IMG/VR virus record: IMGVR_UViG_3300027804_002812 | Coordinates: 1-64,000 of that record | Length of the DNA: 64,000 bases | DNA from: a virus | Taxonomy: Duplodnaviria > Caudoviricetes | Direction: 5' to 3' (one strand) | Shown here: positions 9,209-18,158 of the stretch, piece by piece | How the letters are laid out: the number at the start of each line of letters is the position of its first letter | Numbering within the stretch: position 1 is the first letter of the stretch | Program-made: the position numbers and the translations under genes | Notes under the pieces: model-generated | What the model saw: the letters and a program-made list of their open reading frames with translations, nothing else | The model's database searches: none | What the model was told of the DNA's origin: nothing

Positions 9209-11332
9209 TCAATTTTTTTTCCAAATACTTTTTAGAATTTCTTCGATTGGTTTTTTATTATTTGACCAACCATGTCCATCATAATCATATTTATTTTTTA
9301 TTATTTCCACAAATTTTTCTCTATTGAATAAACAAACTTCATACATCTCTTTTCGGATTTCTTTCAGTTCATTAATACTTTTCGTTTTGAACTTGTTCAA
9401 TTCTTTTATAACCATATCAATTTTTTTATGATGGTCAGGTTCAAAATCATAACTTTCATCTATCCATTTATCGAAAGTTTTATATCCTTGGTCTTTCAAA
9501 TACGACAAAGTGTTAACATTACCTAAAACTATAAAAGGATGACCCGCCACAATTGGTTTCCAAATTTTTTCTGACATAAATAGAATCGATGTATCAATTA
9601 ATGTTTCAGTTACTAATGATATGAAAGTAGACTCGTGGTCAGGTAACTCAATATTTGCAGCCCAATTTATATCCAAAGTTCTATCGATTTCTATCGGTGT
9701 CATTTTAGATAATTCTTCGTATTCATCGTGTGGTTCGAATCTTCCTAAACTAATTTTACCTATATCAAATAAACCATTTTTTATTAATTCGTTCACTAAA
9801 TGAATCCTGTGAGGTCTTGGATTTCTATTGTATGATAACAAGAAATACTTTTCATCTTTGGGATTAAAATCAACAATTTCATTTTTTAACAATCTGTAAT
9901 CCACCCACGAATCAAATATAGAAACGGGATGGCACTCAAACTTTAATCCCCTTTGTTTTCTAACCTCGTCAACTAACAAGTTCCCATGTATATAATGAAC
10001 CCCACTATCAGGTAAATTTGATTCTTTAATCCATCCATCGATAATTTCCAAATCATTATTGTAAATGTTCATTCCACTATAACCTTCGAACTGATGAATC
10101 ATTACAATTTTGGATTTATGATTTCTTACATCATTCAAATATTTTTCTGAAATACACTTAAATCCAATATCTTTGTTTTTACGAAAAAAGTTATTGTCAT
10201 AAACATTTATAAGATATAAATGTTTTTTATTTTCTATATTTATTTTGTCTATATAGTTTACGTTATCTCCGTAATTCACTAATATATTTTCCCTCAGAAC
10301 ATTGTTATCCCATACTTTATTACCATTTTCAATGTCGAACAAATTCCATACTCCCCATGTTTTAGGATAATCAAACCTACCTGTTTCTCGTAAGTACCAA
10401 GATTTAGATGACCCATTTGGCCGGTAGTAATCGAAGATACTATCCCAATCTTCCAAAGAACAACTAATTTTATTGTCCTCCATCAACTCTCTAATCCCAT
10501 CTTCGAAAGTGATATGATTGAATTGTATATGGGCATGTAAATTCGAAAAATCTACTCTATAAGAACGACTATCTTCACTATTAATTAATTCGTATTCTAA
10601 GTCGGGTTTAACTGTTCTTTTAATTTTTTCAATTAAATCAATTTTATTAATATTCAATTCATTCTTACCAATGTTAATGATTGTATCATTATAGTCTCCC
10701 TCGATAATACTTTTCAATATCTTAACACAATCCTTAATATGTAAATGTGGGCGTTCTGCCAAAGGGTCGAATATCTCTATTGGTTTTTCCTCTTTGATGT
10801 CTTGAATCAAATTGTTTATTAAAACATCATTTCTATTCAATTTACTTACACCATATAATGTAGACAACCTTACAATTTTGAATTTTGGATTGTTTTTTGA
10901 CAATAAAATGTTTTCACAAGAAATTTTCAATTCAGAATATAAAGATGAAATCTGAGTATCGGATTTTTCATTAACAATATCAGTCCGTTTCCCATATACA
11001 CTACAACTACTCGAAAATATTAATCTAACTTTTTCATTTGTTATCAAATCAACCGTTTTTTTGAACTGAGAAATTGGTTCAATTAATTGTGATCCATCTG
11101 TCAATTCCAATAATCTCGGTGATGCTAAATAAACTATTACATCTTGTGAATTTAATAACTCTCTATACTTTTCAATATTAGAAACATCATCATGAATGAT
11201 TGTTACATTTTTATTCAAAAATGTAATATTACTATATAAAAACTTATCATATACTGTAACATCACAATCGTTCATGCTATTTGATAATGGGATACCTAAA
11301 TAACCCGCACCCCCTATGATTAAAATTTTCAT
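9209..11332 (-). CDS. Fusion: NAD-dependent epimerase/dehydratase (N-terminal ~290 aa) + putative GT-B glycosyltransferase (copy 1)
   Basis: IIGGAGYLG, SSSCSVYG, YSELK, RLSTLYG; C-terminal RPHRIHL, TFISLVTET, SEKIWKPIVAGHPFIVLG, GYKTFDKWIDESYD. Confidence 0.75.
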   Translation of the reverse strand: MKILIIGGAGYLGIPLSNSMNDCDVTVYDKFLYSNITFLNKNVTIIHDDVSNIEKYRELLNSQDVIVYLASPRLLELTDGSQLIEPISQFKKTVDLITNEKVRLIFSSSCSVYGKRTDIVNEKSDTQISSLYSELKISCENILLSKNNPKFKIVRLSTLYGVSKLNRNDVLINNLIQDIKEEKPIEIFDPLAERPHLHIKDCVKILKSIIEGDYNDTIINIGKNELNINKIDLIEKIKRTVKPDLEYELINSEDSRSYRVDFSNLHAHIQFNHITFEDGIRELMEDNKISCSLEDWDSIFDYYRPNGSSKSWYLRETGRFDYPKTWGVWNLFDIENGNKVWDNNVLRENILVNYGDNVNYIDKINIENKKHLYLINVYDNNFFRKNKDIGFKCISEKYLNDVRNHKSKIVMIHQFEGYSGMNIYNNDLEIIDGWIKESNLPDSGVHYIHGNLLVDEVRKQRGLKFECHPVSIFDSWVDYRLLKNEIVDFNPKDEKYFLLSYNRNPRPHRIHLVNELIKNGLFDIGKISLGRFEPHDEYEELSKMTPIEIDRTLDINWAANIELPDHESTFISLVTETLIDTSILFMSEKIWKPIVAGHPFIVLGNVNTLSYLKDQGYKTFDKWIDESYDFEPDHHKKIDMVIKELNKFKTKSINELKEIRKEMYEVCLFNREKFVEIIKNKYDYDGHGWSNNKKPIEEILKSIWKKN

Positions 11333-11333
11333 A

Positions 11334-12344
11334 TTAGTCCCTTAATGTTTCAGTCGTTACACAATGAAAAGATCCACCCAAAGTTCTTGAGTGTCTGATC
11401 TTACAATCTAATGTATCTATATTATATTTTTTTAATTCTTTAATTAGTTCTGTTTGTCTATTGTCTAATATAACCGTGTTTTCGTCAATAGAAAGTAAAT
11501 TAATACCAACCCAAACAGAAGCTCGTTCGACTTTGTGGTAACCAATATCCACCATTTCAGGTGACCATATTTTATCCCAAGATTTCAACATCTCAGGCAT
11601 GTTTTTCTCATTTATCCTTGCAGGATTTAGAAGACATAGACCCTCTCTTAACAAAGCTATAGTAGAATCCAAATGAGAGTACGAATACATGTTTTCTAAC
11701 ACGTGTACTTTGTATTCTGACCCCAATAAATTTTGAAGCCATTTCGCTCCCAACTTATTCCCTGTATTACTCACCAGATACAGGATATCATTATTCGACC
11801 GTAAAATATTTGCAGCGTCGAATACAGGCTCTTTTTCAGTTAATGTTAACTTAGATAAATCTTTTCTTTGGTATGAATCATCCTTTAACATTGGTTTAGG
11901 TGCAGCAACCCATCTCGCCCCTTGTTCCATATACTGTATGAAATCTTCCCTAAAACAATATGTTTCGAATTGACGAGACCTCAAAGTCATTGGCGCCTCT
12001 ATGATTGTATCACCAATTACAGTTACAGTGTCTCTTGGACAAAAGGTATAGTATTGGTCTGTTTCCCAAAATCCATTACTTATTGTTGAAGTTGTGTCGA
12101 TTGATTTTGGTCTTTTAACATTTACCCCACATTCGTTTAGGATTTGAGATAAAGACTCTAAATCTTCTCGAGTTTCTTCATAAACTTTTTCATCAAAAAA
12201 ACCTAACTCTTTTGAAGGTATTATATCTTTGTCAGCATAGTTAATAGCATGAAGATCAACTCCATGTTTTGGCATATTTGCATTATCTATCGTACCAACG
12301 AAAACTTCTCTTAATTTACCCCATTCATTTTTAACTGATACCAT
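11334..12344 (-). CDS. Amidinotransferase, inosamine-phosphate amidinotransferase (StrB1)-like
   Basis: VSVKNEWGKLREVFVG, FCPRD, PMTLRSR, EPVFDAAN, LVSNTGNKLGAKWLQ, HLDSTI, HSRTLGGSFHC (catalytic Asp/His/Cys). Confidence 0.9.
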   Translation of the reverse strand: MVSVKNEWGKLREVFVGTIDNANMPKHGVDLHAINYADKDIIPSKELGFFDEKVYEETREDLESLSQILNECGVNVKRPKSIDTTSTISNGFWETDQYYTFCPRDTVTVIGDTIIEAPMTLRSRQFETYCFREDFIQYMEQGARWVAAPKPMLKDDSYQRKDLSKLTLTEKEPVFDAANILRSNNDILYLVSNTGNKLGAKWLQNLLGSEYKVHVLENMYSYSHLDSTIALLREGLCLLNPARINEKNMPEMLKSWDKIWSPEMVDIGYHKVERASVWVGINLLSIDENTVILDNRQTELIKELKKYNIDTLDCKIRHSRTLGGSFHCVTTETLRD

Positions 12345-13161
12345 TTTTAATTTTTTTTAATATTTTGTCAACCACAATATCTTGAGATAGGTGTCCATTA
12401 TGTGCACAGTCCCTTCCTTTTTCCTCAAAATCATCTTGAATTTGGTCAATTTTTATCTCATTGTGGAATAACTCAGATTTTTTCAAATTAAAATCATCTC
12501 CCCATGTCCAATGATAAACAGGAATATTCAATGTATTCCATAAATTATCACAAGTTAATGTAAATAAATTACTTTGTTTTATCAACTCACCTTCATTCTC
12601 AACAAACCCATAATGATACCAATCGAAATATTTTTCGTGATTTTTAGGGTACACTTCTTTTGGATATGAAATTGAGAACGTTTCTATTTGAACTGTATGA
12701 GGATTTCTGTAAAACATATAAGATGTCCTATTATCAAATGTCCATTGATAAATCACATACTTTGGCAACTTTTTCTTTTTCAACACAAAGTTATGAAACA
12801 AAATTGTATTGTAGAATGCGACATCGGGTCCTGACCCTCCAACTCCCAAGTTGAATACGTCCAAATTTAATTTTTTTGATAATTTAGTTGGCCAAATGTC
12901 ATCATAATGTAATCCAATACCTTCAGTGAAAGAACACCCAAAAACTACCATGTATTCATCACTAAGATCCGAAAATTCTTTTGCACGGTAACCCCAAGAG
13001 TTATACTTATACTCTAACTCTTTTTCATAATAATACCACTCCTTTCCAAGTTTTTTTCTATTTTCATAGAATTTTTCCTCACTGTCCGTTTGAGCAAATT
13101 TAGTAACCTGATTAGATTTAGAAGGTATAAATATTATGGGGACTTCTTTACTAAACTCCAT
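12331..13161 (-). CDS. SGNH hydrolase-like protein
   Basis: YNSWGYR, FGCSFTEG, FNLGVGG, DCAHNGHLSQ. Confidence 0.62.
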   Translation of the reverse strand: MEFSKEVPIIFIPSKSNQVTKFAQTDSEEKFYENRKKLGKEWYYYEKELEYKYNSWGYRAKEFSDLSDEYMVVFGCSFTEGIGLHYDDIWPTKLSKKLNLDVFNLGVGGSGPDVAFYNTILFHNFVLKKKKLPKYVIYQWTFDNRTSYMFYRNPHTVQIETFSISYPKEVYPKNHEKYFDWYHYGFVENEGELIKQSNLFTLTCDNLWNTLNIPVYHWTWGDDFNLKKSELFHNEIKIDQIQDDFEEKGRDCAHNGHLSQDIVVDKILKKIKNGIS

Positions 13162-13837
13162 TGAAAATTTTATTTAATCTCAAATCTTTATAAGACATGT
13201 GGCTGTGGGAGTCATCATTTACTTCGGATATATTATCCATAAGAATTATTCCTCTTGCGGCATCTTCGGGAGTCATGTACATATGCCATCCTAACATTTC
13301 TATATCATCTTCCATATAGTTTTTTTCTAAATTACGTCCGTCATAACACGCTCTTTTGAACCATGTGTAAGCATCATAATCATCACATAAAATCATCCCT
13401 CCCCTTCCAATAGGCAATCGTTTTTTGATTTGGAATGATAACGCCGCAAATCCTCCTTCATACATTCCTTTTGTCCACCTACCAGCAAAATCCCATACAT
13501 CTAATGGTTCTAATTTATAGGTTCCTGACCACTTTTTATCAACAAACTCAAACTCATATCCAGCATGTAATATTTGCATCGGCACAGATGCATATGTAAA
13601 ATATGGTATTTTAACTTTTTGTGGATTGTTAATATACTTTAGTATTAAGAAAATCGCATTACTACAACAATCAACCGCAACTGCAAACTTAGACCCGCAA
13701 AAATCAGAGACTTTTTTTTCAAAAATATCAACAACTTCCGTCGGGTTACCAAAAGAATAACCTCTATCCTTGAGTTGATTCAATTCAGGTCTCTGTAATT
13801 CGGAAGGTAGTTGACCTAACGGCCATTGTTTATACAT
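13151..13837 (-). CDS. Short (228 aa) DegT/DnrJ-family PLP-dependent aminotransferase-like protein
   Basis: FEKKVSDFCGSKFAVAVDCCSNA, IPYFTYASV, LSFQIKKRLPIGRGGMIL (Lys retained), GWHMYMTPEDAARG. Confidence 0.78.
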   Translation of the reverse strand: MYKQWPLGQLPSELQRPELNQLKDRGYSFGNPTEVVDIFEKKVSDFCGSKFAVAVDCCSNAIFLILKYINNPQKVKIPYFTYASVPMQILHAGYEFEFVDKKWSGTYKLEPLDVWDFAGRWTKGMYEGGFAALSFQIKKRLPIGRGGMILCDDYDAYTWFKRACYDGRNLEKNYMEDDIEMLGWHMYMTPEDAARGIILMDNISEVNDDSHSHMSYKDLRLNKIFNGV

Positions 13838-14870
13838 CTTTGAATGCTTTGGTATATTTTTTCTTGATTATGTTCCAATCTTCAGTGACGAATGCACTTT
13901 CTTTTCTTACGTAATTTTCAGCAAAATTGGACCAAGTGGATGTTGGAACTTTTATCAAAAACTTACAAAAAGATAAACTGAATAAATCCACTAAATTTGG
14001 TACAACATTTCCATATTCGAGTTCACTTTTTTGAATACCTGATGTAACAATATAATCGTAAACAATATTCAATATGTTTTTCTTATCAATTAAATTATCT
14101 CCATATTTTTCATAAAAATACCCCATGATTTCATCGGGTAAATCAGAACTGATATAGAATTTTTGATTTGGGTTTAATTTCAAAATGTTGTCCATTATAT
14201 TGAAATATAATTCGTCTTGATGGAATGAATAGAAATTATCTGTTTGGTATCGAGGAATTCTTTTAATCAATTCAAAATTACCTCTTATCTCTTCAGGTAA
14301 ACTATTCAAGTCATCGTGATTAAATGGAATACCATTACCTCTTCTTATATGAATACCTACAGCGTTCCTTACTTCATATTTTATTGATTCCTCAACACTT
14401 TTATATCTTAATTTAATTTCCTTAAGTGGCCTATCAATCATTTCTACAGTCTCAATTGGATAAAGGTCTTTTAATGCTTTGTACCCAAAATTACTGTAAT
14501 AATGTCCTCCATTTTTAAGTTTACACCCATCATACCCAAACATTTGCCAAATCATTTCGAAAGAAATTGGATTCGCAGTGTTTATTTCTTGGTTCACAGT
14601 GTCGTATACCGCAATAAACTTTAATTTCTCGACATCATAAGTGTCTCCTTCAATATTTCTGAAAAATTTAGTTTTGGGTAAATCAATCAACTTAAATTCA
14701 GGCCAATACTTTTCCTCCAATATGATATGATAATCAAAATTGTTGTTCTTATTTATTTCATATGCGACTTCCCAATGAAATATTCTATTACAAAGTCCTG
14801 TATCTTCGGTATCCTTGTCCCATCCTCCAAAGGGCTCTACCCATCTTAATGTATTTTTATAGTCTGGCAT
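13830..14870 (-). CDS. GDP-fucose-type glycosyltransferase (GT11/GT23/O-FucT-like)
   Basis: GLCNRIF (GLGNQLF-like), VGIHIRRGN, FYISSD, DLFSLSFCKFLI, STWSNFA. Confidence 0.7.
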   Translation of the reverse strand: MPDYKNTLRWVEPFGGWDKDTEDTGLCNRIFHWEVAYEINKNNNFDYHIILEEKYWPEFKLIDLPKTKFFRNIEGDTYDVEKLKFIAVYDTVNQEINTANPISFEMIWQMFGYDGCKLKNGGHYYSNFGYKALKDLYPIETVEMIDRPLKEIKLRYKSVEESIKYEVRNAVGIHIRRGNGIPFNHDDLNSLPEEIRGNFELIKRIPRYQTDNFYSFHQDELYFNIMDNILKLNPNQKFYISSDLPDEIMGYFYEKYGDNLIDKKNILNIVYDYIVTSGIQKSELEYGNVVPNLVDLFSLSFCKFLIKVPTSTWSNFAENYVRKESAFVTEDWNIIKKKYTKAFKDV

Positions 14871-14879
14871 ATTACAATT

Positions 14880-15986
14880 TTATTTAATGAATATCTTAAT
14901 ATATTTTTCAATAATTTTATCAATACTATTAGTAGCGTCTAATGCTGGTTGATGTCTATAATCTTCCGCAAACTCACTCCAAGTCGATTTATTTGATTTG
15001 ATTAAAAAACTACAATAACTTAAAGAAAACAAATCCACAATATTTTCAACTACATTACCATATGTTTTTAACTTATATACATCATGATGATTGTCAACTA
15101 AAAATTCATTTATTTGTTTAATGATTTCAGTGTTATTTATCAAGTTATTTGGATATCGATTATAATATTGTGACAATAAATTTTTTGGTAAATCACTGCT
15201 TATGTATATCTTTTGAGAAGGGTCTATCTCTAATATTCCATCAATTATTTTGAAATATACATCATCCCTAATAAACTTATAAGCGTTATGGTGTGAATTT
15301 GTTTTTTTAATAAATTGACTATAATCTTCCCTATTTTCATCAGGTAATGAATTTATGTCATCTTCGGTCACATAAACTCCATTATGCCTTCGTATATGAA
15401 TTCCAACACACCCTTTTGTAAAATTTTCTAAAAGATTCTGAATAAAATTATATTTTATTTTTATGTTTTGAAGCGGTCTTTCAACTAAATGGATTATAGG
15501 ATATTGAATCGCAAGATCTGGATTGTATCTAAAGTTTATCAACCTTTTAATATCGTAATAACCAAAATCTGAATGAGCCTCTTTAGGAAACCTGTAATCT
15601 TCATTAAAAAATGCATTTTCAATACAATCCCTTGTTATTGGTGTTGTCATTGATACCGACATATTTTTTATATCATAAACCGTTAGAAACTTGAGACGAT
15701 TAAACTCCATTGGATAGTATAATCCATATGCAAACTTTTCCATTTTTACTGGATGGGTATGTGGTAAATCTAAAATTTCAAGTTCCGGCCAAAACATATC
15801 TTGGAGTAAAATATCATATCCAAAATTATTTTTTTCATTAATGAACTCCGCAACTTCCCAATGAAATATTCTATTACAAAGACCGGTATCTGTACCGTAT
15901 TCAAGTTTTACATAGTCAAAGAAATTACTATGATGGCCCCATCCTCCGAATGGTTCCAACCATCTTAACGTACCATCATAATACAT
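14880..15986 (-). CDS. GDP-fucose-type glycosyltransferase, tandem paralog of 13830..14870
   Basis: TLRWLEPFGGW, DTGLCNRIFHWEVA, VGIHIRRHN, IYISSD, DLFSLSYCSFLI, STWSEFA. Confidence 0.7.
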   Translation of the reverse strand: MYYDGTLRWLEPFGGWGHHSNFFDYVKLEYGTDTGLCNRIFHWEVAEFINEKNNFGYDILLQDMFWPELEILDLPHTHPVKMEKFAYGLYYPMEFNRLKFLTVYDIKNMSVSMTTPITRDCIENAFFNEDYRFPKEAHSDFGYYDIKRLINFRYNPDLAIQYPIIHLVERPLQNIKIKYNFIQNLLENFTKGCVGIHIRRHNGVYVTEDDINSLPDENREDYSQFIKKTNSHHNAYKFIRDDVYFKIIDGILEIDPSQKIYISSDLPKNLLSQYYNRYPNNLINNTEIIKQINEFLVDNHHDVYKLKTYGNVVENIVDLFSLSYCSFLIKSNKSTWSEFAEDYRHQPALDATNSIDKIIEKYIKIFIK

Positions 15987-15988
15987 TC

Positions 15989-17437
15989 TTATTTGTTATA
16001 ATTATCCTTATCTGAAATGTATTCACCTGGTTCATAATGTGTGATTCGTCCATCTGTAACTCTCACATCAGGTATGGTTTCATCAATTTCAATCGAATTA
16101 TACCAATCCTCTAATTCAGGAAAAGTTTCAACAAAACTTTTATTTCTTCTTTTATCATATTGTGTATAAAAACTTTTGAAATCGTGAAATTGCATTTGCA
16201 TGTCAGTTTCAGTTGTATTGTGTCCACGGTTAACTACCTCGATGTAATCAACTAATCTTTGAATTTGAGCACCTTCATACATGTTAATCAATGGGTTCTT
16301 TTTATTTTTTCTCCACCACATTGATAATTTACCGTGTAAATCATGTTTAACATCATCAGGTAACGTCAAAGGTGACATAAATGCCGGCCATCTAAGAATG
16401 TTGAAGTCCACAATAGGTTTGTTCCATCCATACTTAGCCTTTAGTGTTAACATATCATCCAAGAATTCAGTGATACTAAACAGACATAAACTATTAATTG
16501 TCATCATAATCACAACTTGTCTCACGTTACCTTTCTCAATGACTTGAACCAAATTGTTTCTCCACACTTCGTAGTTCAAACCATCTCTGATGTATTCTGC
16601 GTGTGCTCCATATGATTCATTACTAGTATAAATGTCAAATTCTTTAACATCAATTTCATTTGTTACGTTTATCAACTTATCAATAAATTCTTGACTGACA
16701 CCTAAATTAGAATTAATAGCAACTCTTAGGTTTGGTGATGGATATTTTTTTACTTCTTCCATAAACTGCCAGAAATTATGACTCATGGTAGGTTCTCCTC
16801 CAGTAACTCTAATCTCTTGTAATGTTTTTGTTAGTTCTGGCCACCACTCTAAGAATGCCGACACATATGGATTATTTTCATTGTGTTTACCATAGATTTC
16901 AGACCAAGATCCATCAGCATAATATGCCCCTGCACTTGTGGTCTTGAACTTTTGATAAGCTCCATTCTTTTTGATGTCTTTACCCCAAGTTGTTGAATAA
17001 CCTGAATTACAGTATGAACACGCAAAGTTACAGGTACGATCGAAACTAACTTCAATAGTTTTTGGGGTAATGTCTGCATCCCAAGGAAAGTCTTTCAATG
17101 CCGCAATTTCTTCTTCAGTGTAAATTTGACTTTTATATACACGGTCAGAAATATTATTTCGACCAATATCTTCAATCTTCCAACAATATGAACATTCTGC
17201 AGGTTTAGTACCTTCCAACATCATTTTTCTAATTTCTTTTTTGAAATCAGTATTATGTAATGCGGATGGATTTGTTTTGATTTTTTCTAAATCAATAGGA
17301 TGGGGTAATGGAAGATGACATGAATTTGTAAACCCATGACCTAAATGTAAACTGACGTTATACCATTTTGCGGCACAAAAGCTACAACTTACGGAATTTA
17401 GGTTTTTATCTCTCCAATTTGCTAATTGCTCTGACAT
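15989..17437 (-). CDS. Radical SAM protein with N-terminal twitch (half-SPASM) domain
   Basis: N-terminal CSFCAAKW...NSCHLP...CSYCW precedes the CNFACSYC radical SAM motif; TGGEP. Confidence 0.88.
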   Translation of the reverse strand: MSEQLANWRDKNLNSVSCSFCAAKWYNVSLHLGHGFTNSCHLPLPHPIDLEKIKTNPSALHNTDFKKEIRKMMLEGTKPAECSYCWKIEDIGRNNISDRVYKSQIYTEEEIAALKDFPWDADITPKTIEVSFDRTCNFACSYCNSGYSTTWGKDIKKNGAYQKFKTTSAGAYYADGSWSEIYGKHNENNPYVSAFLEWWPELTKTLQEIRVTGGEPTMSHNFWQFMEEVKKYPSPNLRVAINSNLGVSQEFIDKLINVTNEIDVKEFDIYTSNESYGAHAEYIRDGLNYEVWRNNLVQVIEKGNVRQVVIMMTINSLCLFSITEFLDDMLTLKAKYGWNKPIVDFNILRWPAFMSPLTLPDDVKHDLHGKLSMWWRKNKKNPLINMYEGAQIQRLVDYIEVVNRGHNTTETDMQMQFHDFKSFYTQYDKRRNKSFVETFPELEDWYNSIEIDETIPDVRVTDGRITHYEPGEYISDKDNYNK

Positions 17438-17444
17438 TCTTGTT

Positions 17445-18158
17445 TTATTTGATTAATTCTAAAAAATTCTTATTACTGGATTCATCGTAAATTATACCCA
17501 AATTATTTGATATATTAAAGTCATAGTAACATAACAAATTTGTATAGGTATTATAAGATGGAAACTTGAAAGTCTCTGTATTAACATATTCCTTAACACT
17601 ATGAATATCCGAAATGTTTTCCAAAATAAAAAACAACCTGATATCCATTTCTCCGTGCCATTTGTTTTCTGGAGAATTATCAGATGAGTTACTTGAACAT
17701 CCTAAATATAATGCAGTGTCTCGGTACTTTTCGCATAAATTTCCTTCGAAACCTTGGGAACCAACTTCTTCTAAATTTTTGTAAATTATGAATTTGTTTT
17801 TATTTCGTATAATAGTCACTGATATACCCTTTTCTAACTCATCTCTCAGAAGAGGTATAGTTATACTTTGATTATTTTGGCCTTTAATCCTATAAATAAA
17901 AAACAAATGATTGTTAATCTTATTATAAACTAAACCAATATTTTTACTCGGTTTCCCGAATAACATAAAGTGTTCGTCTAAAACAAAATCTTCTTCGATT
18001 CTGAAATCAATATGGATTGTAAATTCATCATTGTAAAAAAACTCATCAAAAGTATCGTTAAGTTTTTTATTGTATTGTGTAACATATTGGTCATCTGGGT
18101 GTTCTTCGATTTCCCATTTGAATTTCATCCAATACGGTTGTTTATAATTTATTTTCAT
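17445..18158 (-). CDS. Stand-alone LamG/concanavalin-A-like jelly-roll protein
   Basis: FTIHIDF, VTII..FIIYKN, LYLGCSS, WHGEMD, LLCYYDFN, IYDES; paralogous to the N-terminus of 18142..20262 (MKIxYxxP start). Confidence 0.6.
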   Translation of the reverse strand: MKINYKQPYWMKFKWEIEEHPDDQYVTQYNKKLNDTFDEFFYNDEFTIHIDFRIEEDFVLDEHFMLFGKPSKNIGLVYNKINNHLFFIYRIKGQNNQSITIPLLRDELEKGISVTIIRNKNKFIIYKNLEEVGSQGFEGNLCEKYRDTALYLGCSSNSSDNSPENKWHGEMDIRLFFILENISDIHSVKEYVNTETFKFPSYNTYTNLLCYYDFNISNNLGIIYDESSNKNFLELIK

